From: Obrimoposthia wandeli
Taxonomy: Eukaryota
Direction: 5' to 3'
Assembly: GCA_977020255.1 (NCBI GenBank)
Contig: CDROCS010001741.1
Coordinates: 62,001-126,000, forward strand
Length of the DNA stretch: 64,000 nucleotides
In this document: piece after piece, positions 1 to 14,784 of the stretch
Layout of the letters: each line of letters begins with the position of its first letter
Position numbering within the stretch: position 1 is the first letter of the stretch
Position numbers and translations under genes: made by a program
Notes under the pieces: model-generated
Database searches by the model: none
Told to the model about the DNA's origin: nothing
Seen by the model: only the letters and a program-made list of their open reading frames with translations

Positions 1-1555
1 AGAGGTTGAGTAAGCGCCCACCCATACAAATTATTAATGTCGATGTACAGAATCTCCGTGGGGTTGATTTTTGACAACATGATGTTTGTTGACAAAAGTC
101 ATTCCACCGCGTATACCATAATCATACATTTGATACATCGCGGGATCTTGCAGTAACTCGATATGAATTTTAAGAGTTTTTATTGCTGTTGCCCATGAAA
201 GACCAGGTAAACTAAAGAAATGCATGGGATCTAGCCCATCTTCTGATAAAGATTTTACACGAAAGGACTCAAAAACATCAGCTAAAAGATAAATGTCTAA
301 CTTCATATAATAAAGCATATATTCTAGAAGATTTCGACAATTATTCTCCCAAAATGTACGGGCCTCATTATAGTCTTGAAGACTTACACCCTCAAATTCA
401 GTTATGGGTGGGATTTCTGTAGTAGTTTCTAAATCTGCAAAGGTTTTTGCAAAATCATACGTAAAAGTCCACTTATCGTTAATCGAAGCCGGGAACACTG
501 ACTGTAATTAGCCATACATTTAAAGATGCCGTTAAATTTTTTAAAGACCCGCTCATAAACTGCAGACAATCTATGAATCTTAAACTGCAGAATTCAGTAT
601 ATGCAGTTAAAGATAAATATTTATCTGAAGTTTGAGGTATACATGAAATTTCCACAGAGCTTAATGTACCCAACGCATATTTAAGTATATGATGCAAATC
701 ATATTCTTTGAGATTATGAAACACGATGGGAATGCGTGGTTTTTTAGGGAGTCGACGGTCAAGGTTACAGAGGTTGCACGCCGCTCCCAAGTATCGGCCC
801 GTAACATGATCGTGATCTCTGACTAACTTAGACTGGGTTCCACACAAATAACATAATCTACAAGAATTAAAATTAACCCAGTCTATGCCTGTCATGATCA
901 TTGCTTGATGAGCATTAAGATCATACCACGGTTTGACAATTGTTGTTCCTAATTCTTCTAATTTTAACATAAAATCTAAAATACAATTTGAACCGGAAAA
1001 TTTATGATACTGTGTAATATTGAGGCCTAAGAATAGTAGTCCTGCCGAAGCCGGTAGATGAATACTCTCATACTGGTCGTGCAATGCTAGAATTGACTCA
1101 AAATCTGCATACACCCTGAATTCCACGGATATGCATTTTTCCCAATCTCTGAATTTTAAATCCTTATCATTAGGTATGATATATAGCGTATTGTCATCAG
1201 GATTCAGTGAACATAGTGTCAGATGTTTGCTGTAAGAGAGCTCGGATCAGAATCCATGCAAACACATATGACACCACTTACACCTTATCCTAACTGGTAA
1301 GGCTCCATTATCTAAATTTAGAAGACGATCTAAATTGGGAATTGCAACATAATGGAATTTTTTATTATGTTCGAGCAAAATTAAGTTGACCTGAGTCCCC
1401 TCATATTTGCTCCTATAAATTAGATCTACATAAGGATTTTTAAAAATTTCTTCATCTGTTACATTAACTGGGATATCAGTATTATATTTGAATAGGCTTT
1501 TCCGTAGGCTTTTCTCAATTTTTAACTACGTTTGAATGCGGGAATGTCATTGGAT
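1..1555 (-). pseudogene. Polinton/Maverick protein-primed DNA polymerase B (pPolB) fragment, copy 1, with embedded endonuclease VII-like Zn domain; runs off the window start
   Basis: ORFs 479..1126 and 34..498 contain ExoI VYADFES, CYLCG..RDHDHVTGRYLGAACNLCNL, IVFHNLKEYDLH and DIYLLADVFESFR..LDPMHFFSLPGLSW..GIRGG. A hand-read frame near the window start gives YIDINNLYGWAL. Frameshifted. Colinear with ~57566-59010. Confidence 0.9.
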
Positions 1556-4500
1556 AAAAAATATTTTATTCGAAAATAGAACTATTTTTTAAAGGTTTTG
1601 TTGACTGAGTTCAATGTTCAATGAGAGTGTATTATTCAAACAATTTATAGTATTTTCTTAATATTTGTTGATGATTGAATACATGTATATCTTTGGATTT
1701 AAAATAGTAATATTTTCTTGACTGTACATGTTTGGAGGGTATAATGTAAGAAAAACTAGCCTTTTGAATGTATCTGGATATAAATTCTTATAAGGAAATT
1801 ATTTTCGCGACTCTGTATATATGTATTGCTCGTCAGGCCACCGCGGTCCCGAAGGGCACGCGTTGGTCCTTAGATGGCCTCTCAGGCACTTCCTCACTCT
1901 GGGTGAGCACTATGAGATTTTCAATATTAAAGGGTGTTATATAGGGTTAATTAATTTTTTTTGAGTGTTGGGGGGAGTTAGAAAATTTCACTCCACACAC
2001 ATGCACGGTTTTAAAGGACAGTGGTACTCCCCCAGGGGGGTGGATTAGACCGGACACATCCACCTACTTCTGTGGTTGGAATTTATAGAATTTACATCTT
2101 CTTCGAGTTTGTGGGAAATAAACAAATGTGAATAAGTCTAATATATGATAATCTACGCTCCACCAAATCACACAATTGTTCATTTTATTTACATCCAGCT
2201 GAGTTAATATGAAGAAAAATTAAAAAATGCAAATTATAATCTCCATCCCACGAAAATATTCATACTGATTTAAGTAGCAATCTTAACATTCAACATGCCT
2301 GATTTTCTAATCAGTAAAAATTTTCAATTTCGAGTGAGCAGTACAGCTGTACAGGTCTTGTAGTTGTCACTCATCTGCAACAGGGCCAATTAAGGATGAG
2401 CCCTCTTGGCAACAAATTAAACCCGTGTATTACGAAATCGATGGCAATTACACATGCACTTGATTCCCCCTTCCAATTACTTTACTAGGCAATCGGGGCT
2501 GCGTTGGTTTCTGGGATTAAGCACCTTTCTCTTCATAGCCGAGCATACTCCTTGAACTCGCTTCAAGAGGTTTGCAAATACAAATATTCTCAGCGCAAAA
2601 ATATTTTGTTATATTATTTCACACTTCCATAAATGGATTATTTCAAATGAATTATTTTGAATGAAACATATTTAATTAACTTCGGTATTCTCAAGAATAT
2701 CGAAATTATTTTATAACATCAGCACATCAAGACTGTTTTATATGTTGGAAAACTGTTAAATGATGAATAAACTCACACATACACAGGAATTATTCATAAA
2801 TGTGCATCTATAATTTTATAAATAACTGTTTTTTGTAAAAAAATAGTAATTACATTTCAATAGGATTGATACAAATATTTTTAAATGTGAGGAATTTGCA
2901 ACAAAATATAATAACATTTTATTCTATACTTGAAAAGCTTTTGGACTATCCTTGTATTTAACAATAAGGGTAGATAAATAGATTAATGTCGTTAGATTAA
3001 ATCGCTTTTGTACGTGAACAATTTAATTTATGTTAAGAGTCTTATTTTAATTACATATTGGAGCTATTTTCATTCTAACTGAACCAGGTCATGGATAATT
3101 TATTTCGTATAAATAACTTTTCTTATCCAAGCACAAAAACTATACAAAGAAGTATTTCTTAAAATAAATGTCACTTTTGTGTGTGACCGTTTTATCCTTC
3201 ACATAGAGGCCATCTTATTGTGTTTTTTAATTTAAAAATATGTTTTTAAAATTATTAAAGTTACTAGCAGGATTATGCTACAAAAAATATGATAACTAAA
3301 CACATAAAGTTGCCCATTGTGAAACTAACCAATGTATGTGGTGTATCAAATGTATTCAGACTCATTAAATGAAAGCAACCAAACAACAATGGTGCGTCCC
3401 AACATTTTCTTTACATACATTTTTCAATCAACCTAACAAGATTTTACTGTAATTATTTGAAATTAAAATATAATTTAAATAAATTAGTTTTTCTGTGTTT
3501 TAATTAAATACAGCATGGGAATTTTTTTAACTGTATAAAATTATATATATTTTAAAATTCAAAATTCCGATTTTAATATTTAATAATATTTATATCGTTT
3601 TTTGACATTCATTTTAACTGTAAAATACGAGATTCTAATTTGCGAGATAAATATTATTATCTTGTCCAAACTCGGAGTTCGCATTGGATATAGACTGTGT
3701 CACCTCTCCAAAGTGAAATAACGGAAACATGTAAAATTTTGGGACATAAGCTGATTAAACCGTAAAGCAAAAATAATTTAACCACTTTACAGATTGAAAG
3801 CCAAGTAATTATTTTAATGTCAAAATAAATTTATGTATAACTTTTATTTATTGTTATTTTGAATCAAAAAAATTGATTTATCCGTAATTACTCCTTCCTG
3901 AATTTCGATCGCGGTGTGCCATCAGACATTACAATACTGGGAAATAATCAAAAATATAAAAATAAATATTTTTTGTAAAACAAAAGAAGCTTTAAAATGC
4001 AAACAAAGCAAGTTCAAATCTTTGAAGGTAAAGTTTCACTTTTATAAAATTAATTTTTCTATTACTTTATTTAAAGTATGCCAATACGAAATTTAAATTA
4101 AAATGGTATTAAACACAAATTCTAATTAGATATTAATTTAAAAAACCTCAACTGAATAATCACCGATGAAATACAGCCAAACCAAACTACATTTGTCATC
4201 GGTAAAAATGTTCTTAAGAGATGAAAATGCCTTTTTGACTTTTGCAGAAGTAATTGATTATCAAAAAAGTGTAGCATTATTTAACTTAGCGGAAATTTCA
4301 GGATGACGCTTAATCAGCTCTTAGTCCTAGGGTCTTGTTTAACATAGTGTTTAGAATAACTCTAATTTCAGCATCACAGTCATTCCACATGGTAGTCAAT
4401 TCTTCAATTTAATCAAAAAAGGTTTCTTTGCAACTCTCAATTCATTCGATGAATGCAACACTTTTTTATTATATGTATTAGTTGCATATATTTGCATTGG

Positions 4501-7500
4501 TTTGTTTAATGTTCTTATCGCACATATTCTCTTGAGGTACCTCAATACAAGTGGCCTTTTTGGAATTGAAACTATCTACAAACTCCTTGGGTGCTCAAAA
4601 TTATTTTCTACATATTAATTATGACATGTAACAATAAACATCTACAAACCCCACTGGCTGATTTATTATCAAATACATAAGTTGTCAACCCGGTTTTATC
4701 AGTATCACCTTCGTTTATTTGAATTTCACGAACTTAATTCCTTTAATTCCTTTGCACTTAAATAGTTTTTTCATTACTGAATTCAATTTTATGTATACAA
4801 GAAGACAGTACAAAATATGTTGTAAAGTCTAGATAGTTTTAAATGTTGGAGCTGATTTGTCCAAAATGTTTTAGGTGACAAAATAATAGACAATGACTTG
4901 GCAAATTGTATCACAAATAGCATTATTACACAGTGCAAAACACCATTAGTCTCTATATTTCACCCTCGATTGTCAGAATAGAAACCGACAAATCTGCCTA
5001 TAGGCGAATCAATACATTGGATTTTCTTGATGTTGAGTGTTTTTTGAACATGAGCCTATTTTACGGCTAAAAATCATAACAAATATTATTCTAGATTCAA
5101 GTGAGCGAAACAAGAAGATGAAAATAAAAATCACAGTGTCACGACATTACATCAATTTACACAGCAAAACTTGTAACATCAACATTTGAGTCTAGAGTAT
5201 TGAAGAAATTGCAGCTCCTTCCATAGAGCCCAGATATGTCTCGCGGTGATTTATAGAAATATATGCCATGGCGAATACTTTGCAAAAAAGAAAAAGTTAA
5301 CGATTATCTGATAAATAAGCGCCTGAGTTAATCAGGATTGACTTCGATACAAATGGAAGAAATGTGTTGAAAATCAAGTTTGTGTGGAGAAATGAAGAGC
5401 TAATGAAACCTATATTATTACAAATATGTTCTCTCAAATTTCCATCTCATCGGGAGTTTGAGATATCAATGGCCATAAATCGTATTTTATACACAATATA
5501 AAGATTTAACACTTTATTCAAACATTATATTTAGTTATAATATTTAATTATTAGTACTTTATTATTACAATCTCTTAGTACAATCTCTTACTTTGTCATT
5601 TAAATGACCCTGATTTAATAATTAAGGTTATCTAGACATCGCCATTTCATAACGTGTCCATAATATCATTTTCCATAATAATATTTTCAGTATCCACCTC
5701 TGAAACAGAAATTCTACAAATTACAGTGATAATTTAATCAAATAAATTTAAAAATATTAATGCTCTTTTAGACATAAAATCACAATTCAAATTGTTTTTG
5801 GACATGATAGTGGATCAAAATTCTGAATTCAGGATGCAAAGCTATCCATATCATGAAAATAGCAACAAAATTAAACTTCAGAAAGTCTTCATTTTTTAAA
5901 TGTTTTGTGAAACACAAATAAAGTAAATTGTAAATGTTCAGAATTGGATTAATCTGCATGCTATAATTAGTGTCTCAGCATTCCGGCAGCAATTACTGAG
6001 CTTGCTTCCTTCTCAGGTTCATTCCCTATCAACGGTCACTATCTAATGCCATCCAAATGTGACACAGGAAGCCCTAATTATAGTCGCTCAGCTACAATTA
6101 TACTCCGCTACCATCTCTTCGCTATTTCGGGAATTCTCGATGGCAGGATTAGCGTATCCCCGAATTTCTGAATATTTCCCATTTCCACCATTCAGCACTG
6201 CTTCTCCGCTCAAACAGCGAATTCCCGACTAATGTTCTGAACCAAGAACACAGAGATAATCCTTCTGAAATTCAAGAAACAATCCAGATTCTCGATTTAT
6301 CACAGCAATTTTGATGATTGTCCTAGCGATAAATCCTCTCCTGAAATCTGCTGCATCTCACAACGACTATTTTCAAGCCGCTTTTACTCATCATACACTT
6401 CTTGATTGACAATATAGTTCAAAAAATATTTCTCGTACAAATTTTTATAGCATTTATCATATACATTTAGTCTTTTAATTATCATGTCTTCCTTTAAAAA
6501 ATATTTCGAGAATTAATTCAATGTTTCTAACAACGTCACGGAGAAGTAAAATGAAAACTCTATTTAAAATTAAAATTTTGAATATTTATAGTTTACTTTA
6601 TTTGTAATTTTGTTGCATTTCAACAAATAGATAAAAATTAATTAAAACATTAAATGAATCACCTTTTCTTCAAAATACCTAAAACACATAATTAAAACTA
6701 CATTTGTTCGGTCTGAAAAATCGAATGAAATGTATGATTTAAATTCCTTAATTCCCTTGCTTTGTTGATATGGAAATCTGAAATTTAGATACGGTCTAAA
6801 TGGAAACAAATTTAATATGTTTTTTCGACACATGATTTTTTACATTGAAATCCAAATAGAATGACTCTGGTGGATGGTGCTTTTATTGTTTCCTATTTCA
6901 TACAGTCTCATATTAATACTGACATTTATGGATTACTTGAAATTAAAATCAATTGACCTTATGGATTCTAAATCTGTTTATCCGGAGCTTTCGAAATAAG
7001 TTGTCTTATAAATCTATTCATGACCATTTACTAACTCAAATAATTTTTTTAATTATAATTCAACTTTCAATTAATGCCAAAACGGTTTTTGTGAGGGTTT
7101 TTAAACTATTTTAAAATAAATTAATTTATAAACGAGTATAATAATTTTAAAAAATAATAAAGAAACATATTTAAAATGTCTTCTTTTATTTGTTAAACAT
7201 TTACACGCCCCTGGGGTACTCTTGGACCTATTAGATAAAAAATTTAGTGTTTGCTACTGAAACGTTGGAGTTGATGTTTGATTGAATGAATATATTAAGT
7301 AAATTAGATATATAAATTGTTGTTATTAAATATGAACTCATACAACTAAAGAATTTTTGAGATTTTTTGTTGAAAAAATGGCAGTTTGGTGACAAAAAAT
7401 TAAATTCCCTATAATTATAAATTCTGAAAATACATCAATATACATAAAATAAATATTTTCTTCCAAAATGTGACTAATATTTACACTTTGTATTTTGCAA

Positions 7501-8920
7501 AGTTTTCAATCTAGGAACTTTTTAAAAATGAAATAAATATGCTGGGTCAATTATTTGTGGAATTAGGGTAAATAAATAAATTATGTCTATGTGTGGTTTG
7601 TTTTAATTATTTAATAAAATATTAATTCTGATGATCTTCAATTTAATCTCCAACTTTAAATTGGTACGATGTGTGGTTTTCTTCATTGAAGTCACACGAT
7701 TTAATACGAATATTTAGTGGTACATTTTAGGTACGCACAACTGGTGATGTGGGATAAACTTTATCGATAATATAATTATAATTTTTTACATTTATTTTAA
7801 ATATTTATTTTTACAATTGAAACAACAATCCTTTGAAGTCAACTTTTATAGAAAGAAAATTATTTATCAATTTCAAAATGTCAAATTATTGCACTTTGTG
7901 TTATTGATTAATTTAATAGTTCCTTTAAACAAATATGAGGACAAATATTTGCATTTTTGAGTAATGTACAAGGAGCAATATTAGCTAAAACAAAAATCTT
8001 AGAAAAATCCAATATGGCATAAATTTTACTGAAGTTTGTGATTTCTAATGGAGAATGTAGCATTGTAACTAAACTTTGATGTACATTCCTGATGTAAAAA
8101 TGAGTATTCCCAAAATCTTACTCAACAATTGTTTTAAAATAAAACATATATATTATATTTGCTATTTTTGTTGAACGTGATTTTATTTTTGTTCTTAATT
8201 TTGTTTTTGAATACATTTATATATATGCATTTATTTTTGTTAAGCCTTAATTTATTTCAAGAATGCTTTAAACAATTATAATATAAGTACAAAATTATTG
8301 ATTGCTATTATATTCATTTGACCGATAAGCTTATGTTATAATTCCGTGGGAAATTGAGTGTTTAAATCAAATAACCGTTATTGGAATTTTACATAGCCAG
8401 ACAATGAACAAATATCGACTTAGAACAAAACTGAAATATGAGTCTGTTCCATCATCAATCATGCTCAGTATATCGTCATGTGAACAGGACTTGGTGGAAC
8501 ATGACCCTTACTATCAAGAGCCCAATCCAATATATGCTAGTTCAACGTTAGTCGCAGCTCGAGCCAAGACGAATTTAAGCAACTTATACCGTAATCCTAC
8601 ATACTCAATCCAAGTCTTACAACAATGTTTTTCTAAAGGTTTTGATTTGAAGTTTGAGGATAATTTCAGGACTTTTTGAGTACTTTAAATTATTTGCTTT
8701 ACCAGATAAACTGTCTTTCAAGGGTCAGATATCTTTTTAATTTTAATTAACCATCATTACCTTGATCGAAAAGAATGTTTAAAAACAACAGAAGTTTTTT
8801 AGTAATTGAATACAATATTGAGTCTAATCTATACAATATTGTCAAATAATCTATTAAATCTTTTTGATCCATTAAGCATTCATAATAAATCATGCTACTT
8901 CAAAAAAGCAAGGCACACAT

Positions 8921-10960
8921 CCAAAGCCAGATTAATAGTCTCATAGGCCCTAGGCAATTTGAAAACTATTATTGAGTTATTATATTTGATTATTGATTAT
9001 ATTTTATTCGCTAAACAAAGTTTTAACGAATTAAAGAATAGATTCTTGGCTTAAAGGATACTTTTGAAAGTAAATATATTTACTCGTTTATTATTTGTAT
9101 TAAATTATATTCTAAAAAATTTTCGTAAAAAAATCAACCCACAATTGTCGATAGATATAAAAAATGTCATGAATCGGGTCAAAGGAAAGCTACGAGAGAC
9201 GATATGACGAAAAAAGAGAGGATATATACTTTAGTATTTTGAAAAATCAACAACCGATTTTGGAAATAACAATTCAGAATCTTATTCAGAGTCTAATAGC
9301 GACAATCAGGCTTCCAATTAATTTAACTTCGATGCAGAAATCGTGTTTCCAACAGAAAATGCAGCAATCCCATATCCAACTAATGTGCAGATTGTGAATT
9401 TAAATCTAGAAGGCAGCAATTATCCAGCTAAATGGGATTTGAATGCTGAAACTATTAATAATTTTGCCAAAAATCCTCCATCTCAAAATTTGGAGTCAAA
9501 AATTGTTTTAAAAGGCAGTGGATATGGGAAGCATACAAGATACGTCAGGAAGGAATTTTTCATCCAAAAATAAACAAATAGTGAATTAATCAAACGATGC
9601 AGGCTAATGTATTTCTCCTTCGACAGGAAACGTATTTTGTTACGTTTGCAAGCTTTTTAGCACTTCTATTCAATGTAGTAATCAATTTAAAAGGGGATTT
9701 TATGATAGGAAAAATGTTGTCAAAATAAATATCCATGAACAGTCAAAATATCACTTAGATGCTCTTTTAGCAATGGTACAGTGTAGTAAGTTTGTCACAT
9801 TGATAATCAGATTCAAGGAATAAAATAAAAAACATGCAAGTACAGGATTGAAGTTTTGAAAAGAATTATTACTGTAATATAATTTATTATTGCTTTCCGT
9901 GGAGATAATGAGTTGCATTATAACAGAGGTATTGGGAATTTTCTTGGTTGCATTGAACTTGTGGCTGAGTTTGATCCTTTAATCAAAGAACATATTCGTA
10001 AATACGGCAATCATAGAAAAGGAAAAGTTTCTTATCTTTCTTCCACAATTTGCAATGAATTTATTGAAATATTGGACGAGAAAGTATTGCAACAAATAGT
10101 ATATGAAATAAAGGAAGCTAAATATTATGGAGTTAGCATCATTTCTACGCCTGATGCTGAACATACGGATCAGCTGTCATTTATTATACGATACGTAAAT
10201 CAGGATAAAAATGTGGTTGAGCGTTTTCTTAATTTTTTTCCAATTGAACATCATGATGGAAAAAACCTATTTTACATATTACAAAATACGTTGAATCATC
10301 ACAGAATTGATGACAACTGAAGATCACAATCACATGACCGGGATTTATTCTGGCGGACAAGCAAGATTACGACGAGGAAATAAACTAGCTGGATGGGTAC
10401 CATGTTCTGCTCAGAGTCTTAATTTGGTTGGAGTAGCTGCTGCAGAATGCTGTTCAGAGTCGGTTAATATTTTTTGGACTTTAACAATCGGTATACACCG
10501 TTTTTCTACATCGCCACTAACATGGTTAAATTGAAAAAAACATAAGAGATAAAGTTTAGCACTGAAAAGATGGTCAGGACAAAGCGATGCTGTTAAATCA
10601 TTTAATATGAACTATTTTGAAATTTGCCAGACATTACTAGACATTGATAATTGCGTGCATCAACTTCAGACTGTTGCTCATTTGGCAAATGTGTTAGCTA
10701 AAAATTTTGATAATTTTGAAACAGTATTAATTGAGATTTTAGAACAAGAAGTACGATAGAAAATTGTAGAAAAAGGGGTATTGACAAGATTAGTATTAGC
10801 TAACTTACAGAATTTGAAGATTAATGAATTAAGACAGGAGTACGAAGATCGGTGCCTTGAACTTGTAGAAAAATGGACGGGGTTTGTAGATTTAGCAAAA
10901 ACATTAAAATTATGATATAGCGAGACAGGTTTAGACTGAGTTACCACCGATCAAGAGTAA
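8921..10960 (+). mobile_element. Degenerate hAT DNA transposon (ZMYM1-like/DUF4371 transposase)
   Basis: ORF 9913..10320 reads GNFLGCIELVAEFDP..SYLSSTICNEFIE..STPD..HTDQLSFIIRYV..ERFL. ORF 10307..10534 reads NMTGIYSGGQARL..WVPCSAQSLNLVG. hAT-like terminal sequence GCCAGATTAA..GGCCCTAGGCAA at ~8926-8957. Multiple stops; no right TIR found. Confidence 0.85.
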
Positions 10961-11169
10961 ATAATATGAGTGGGAAGAAATATAGAGAAATGTAATCAAA
11001 CAGAGAGTTGAGAGATCAATATGTGTGTGCCCTAGTATTTCAGATCTTATTATAATGCATCAACTGCTTTGTAATATAACTGTGGAACATGTTAGGCCAG
11101 CTTGAGATTTTGAGGAGGTGAAAAAAAGTTGACTTGTCCAATTTTTGGGGATGAGACTAAAGAATATGA

Positions 11170-12760
11170 GATATGGCGTTCCATATTTTATGACTGTATT
11201 GGGAAAGGGAGAGGAGATAAAGTGGAAAAGTTGTTACACTTGTGTCAATACTTAAGTGGTTATTGAAGTTAATTAATAATTTGGGTTACAGTTCCGAAGC
11301 ATATGAGGCTGCCTTATTACGAATTCATAATATGCGTGACGGCACAGAAAAGAACTCTGAGTTTAGTTGAAGATGTTGAAAAGCTAAGAGTTATTAAATA
11401 TGTAAATTGTAAAGATATGGAAATAACAACAATACGTTTAAAAGAATTAGGGAGGAAACAAGAATTAGGGAATGGATTTTTATTACAAAATATGCCACCA
11501 ACACTCCCAAGAGTGGGAATCCTCAATTGAGAAAGGTGGAACGCAAAGATAAGTGTAGATCAAACAGTAGAGAAGGATATAGGATATAGGCTCAAGACGA
11601 AGCTAATTACTTGAGAAAAGCGATGGAGATGACAAAAGGTATAGAAAAAGCAGTAATTTTTATAGATCAAAAATCATATTTTGGTAATAATGAAGGCAAA
11701 AATACGGAACAGATTAAAAACCCGCTAATACCACACTTTTCAGTAATAAGAAGAGATAAATAAACAACGAAAGTTCATAGTTTGTTTAAATGGACAGATA
11801 TAAGCTGGACCCAACCTTCATGGATATTTATTTGATAAATTGTTTCATTTCAGTAAGTTTGAAATTACGATGGTATACAACATGTTTTAAACGAGGTACA
11901 ATCTAGATTTTGGATTCTGAAGGCGAGACATATAATTAGTGAAGTTGAAAATTTGTGTGAAGCGTGTAAAAGAAGTAAAGCAGTAAAAGAAGTATGACTC
12001 AAATAATCACACCATTGTCACAGTTTTGATTTAGAGAACCTCTCAAACCATTTGCAAGAGTTGAGGTTGATTTTGCAGGACCAGTAATGACAGTGCAATG
12101 CAGAGGAAATAGAGGAGAAAAAAAATATACATTTGTATTTTTACGTGTTTACAAGTTAGAGCGTAGAGTTAACCCATGGTCTTGACACATTCGCATTTCT
12201 TACAGCCTTTAAAATAATTTTAGGAAAAAGAGTTTGTTATTTATTATAATGGAACAAATATTGTTGGATCCGCGAATAATCTAAACGGATTTGTAATTGA
12301 CAGCTATATGTGAAGAAAGACTTGTCAGAAAACGAGATTAGATAGGTATTCAATACTCCCTTGTCGCCTCACTTCGGTGGTGTTTTTAGATCAATGACAA
12401 AATCAGTAAAAAGAGCAGTGAAGAAAGTTCTACTGAAAGCAGATGTGACCGAAGATGAGTTTTTGACTGTATTGATAGAAGTCGAACAGTTGGTGAATTC
12501 AATTGTTCAACAACTTTTCATGTGTTCAATTTTATTGTTTTAAGAGTTTTTTATTGCTGCTATTGTTATTGTTGCTTTCTGTGTTATCCATGCCTAGCTT
12601 GTGTTGAGTCAGTGGAGTCAGATAAGGGATATGGAGGAGCGGGTTGACACTAAAAGTGCATTTTGTTAATTGCTGGTTATCAAGCCAATCCCCAAGTGAG
12701 AATGGTATATCGACCACTGCAATTAGCGAGGTATCTTATATAAAGCCGAGTAGCTTGGTA
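11170..12760 (+). mobile_element. BEL/Pao LTR retrotransposon remnant (gag-like and integrase fragments, heavily deleted)
   Basis: Hand translation gives VDFAGP (~12066), [10 protein letters not shown] and NGTNIVG. ORF 12361..12543 reads SPHFGGVFRSMTKSVKRAVKKVL..EFLTVLIEVEQLVNS, typical of BEL/Pao integrase. Confidence 0.8.
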
Positions 12761-12779
12761 AGGCTGGTGATTTTTATGA

Positions 12780-13420
12780 TATTTGTAGATCAGTGTAATT
12801 TGTTGTTCTGGCGATTTTTATGATTTTATAAGAGTGATTATATAAATGTATTATTTTGGAAAAAACTTGGATCCTCTTTTTATTTACTTCTTTTGTGAAA
12901 TTAGTTTTATTTGATCTCTAAAATACGTATAAATCTTTCTACTACTGCTGCTTTGTACTGCGAAAATATCGAGTAGTGATATATATTATTTTGTTTAAAT
13001 AATGATAGAAATTTATGATTATAAAATTATTTTCCTAAATCAGTTGCACATATTGCGGAATGTCCTTTTTTAATATTTCTTTAATGGCTTCAGCATATCT
13101 ATTAAAGACTTTGCTTTAAATGGAATTGCACAAGCAAACCTGCTAAATACATCAATACATGTAAAATATATCTGTATCCCTCATTAATGGAAGAATATGA
13201 TATCATCTCCATCAAATCCATTTGCCATAACTTGTTAGGACCACTGGTTTTGTATACTCTAGATGGAAACCTTCTTCTCATCGGCTTTGTTCAGACTGTA
13301 GGCTAACTGATCGTTCAGCCATTTATGCGTTTTCTTGTAATTCTGTTTTGTTCTTTTTGCCAATTTTGAATCCCTGGTGTTGCTCATTGGATCTTTTGGA
13401 TTGAACCATATCTTCTCCAT
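12780..13420 (-). pseudogene. Polinton/Maverick retroviral-like (DDE) integrase, frameshifted and 3'-truncated
   Basis: Starts MEKIWFNPKDP..KWLNDQLAYSL, then across frameshifts RRRFPSRVYKTSGPNKLWQMDLMEM..NEGYRYIL.CIDVFSRFACAIP..VQTDLGK..FYNHKF..KAAVVERFIR. This matches the Polinton integrase pattern WQxDL / IDVFS / QTDxG / KAxxVERF. Confidence 0.88.
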
Positions 13421-13506
13421 TATAACAATTTGAACATATAGAAAATTAAAATTTAGGTAAAAAAAGATTAGCACCCATATCTTTAGATGATTTTAAAAAT
13501 AATTGT

Positions 13507-13820
13507 TTATTTCCGTGTCGCAGCTATAATATTACATATAATTGAAGCAATAACTGATATAACAACCCCTATGAAACCGCCATTCTGTTTAAGAATAATT
13601 TTTCATTTCCCTTTTTACTTTTACTGTAGCAATATCTAGAAGATTTTTTCTATATTTTTCCGTTTATCAATTTTTATTCGACCCAAAACTATATTATACA
13701 AAACTTTCAATAAATCATGTACAACAAAATATGGAAATGTTTAAAGAATACTCATTTTTTTAGGAGAAGAAGCTTTGATAAAAGCTTTTAAATATGGTAT
13801 GCTTTTTATACTTTCTTCAT
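13507..13820 (-). pseudogene. Small Polinton protein ending in QNGG followed by a hydrophobic/amphipathic tail
   Basis: Hand translation: ..YLKAFIKASSPKK..VVHDLLKVLYNIVLGRIKID..LKQNGGFIGVVISVIASIICNIIAATRK*. Resembles the small conserved Polinton ORF with an NxLxGxI core and QxGGF tail. Lies between ATPase and integrase. Confidence 0.6.
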
Positions 13821-13935
13821 TTAACTTTCTTTTATTTCAAACTACAGACTTGATTAATTTATTCACTTTTTTTACTGATTATTTTTTTTGTTGATTTCTT
13901 ATGCTTTGTTTTTACTTTACGTTTACGTTTTACTA

Positions 13936-14379
13936 TCAACTTCTTAAAAGGCATTGCAAATTTATTTTTTTATAATTGTTCTCTATTTGTTTATAAACAG
14001 TTACTCCATTAGAATTAAATATGTCTGTTAAAACACGTAAATCATCTGGGCAAGCTTGTGCAAAGACAATAAATATATACCCATTTGCTTGTTTAGCAGC
14101 ATCATGGAATGAATCAACTAAAAAGTTCTTATTTTGGGAAAATGCTTGTCTGGCCACAAAATTTACAACTGTTTGATCTCTAGGATTTTAAAATTTTCCT
14201 TCAATTTGCAAACTTCTGTTTGGGTTAGTCCACTTTCCACTCCTCTACCATGATGCTAAAAATATTTTTGAAACTAGAATCGAAAGAGCTTCATTTTGTA
14301 TCAATTTATAAACGAAATGTGTTTTTCTACTTCCACTGGGGCCAACAATTTGAAATACATCATTATTATTCATTTCCAT
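13936..14379 (-). pseudogene. Polinton packaging ATPase (FtsK/A32-like), internally deleted
   Basis: Degenerate Walker A IVGPSGSRKT at ~14320-14349. C-terminal FKNPRDQTVVNFVARQAF..DSFHDAAKQANGYIFI..PDDLRVLTDIF. The Walker B region is missing. Confidence 0.85.
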
Positions 14380-14415
14380 TACATAAACTCTTTCATTTTA
14401 ATATTGTTTATATTA

Positions 14416-14649
14416 TCATAGAAGTTTCCTTATCGAAAAGTATAATGGCAGAGCTACTGTATATGACAATAAAAAATTAATAAATGAATATTTGGCTATA
14501 ATTTTATTTATTTGTGTTTCATTTCTAAATTCTCGAATAACGTGTGATCTAACCAACATTTCAATGTTATCTCTTGTTATATCATTATTTTTTAATTTTG
14601 ATAAAATTTGTTTACCCTTAATTTTTACAGAAAAACATTTAATCAACAA
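14416..14649 (-). CDS. Small hypothetical ORF in the Polinton cassette
   Basis: 77-aa ORF co-oriented between the TBP-like gene and the ATPase; no motif recognised. Confidence 0.3.
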   Translation of the reverse strand: MLIKCFSVKIKGKQILSKLKNNDITRDNIEMLVRSHVIREFRNETQINKIIAKYSFINFLLSYTVALPLYFSIRKLL

Positions 14650-14784
14650 GTCGATCTACTTCGTTTTTTGTATTTATAGTATTATTCATTTGAAACAATT
14701 ATTCATTTAAATGGGTTTGTTTATAGAAAAAATAACAAAATGTAATAAAATATATATTAAAAAATTAATTCAATAGTGTTTTGA

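Noticed and set aside
5960-6420. GC-richer block as a retroelement coding remnant
   Set aside because: All frames read are broken and no diagnostic motif could be supported.
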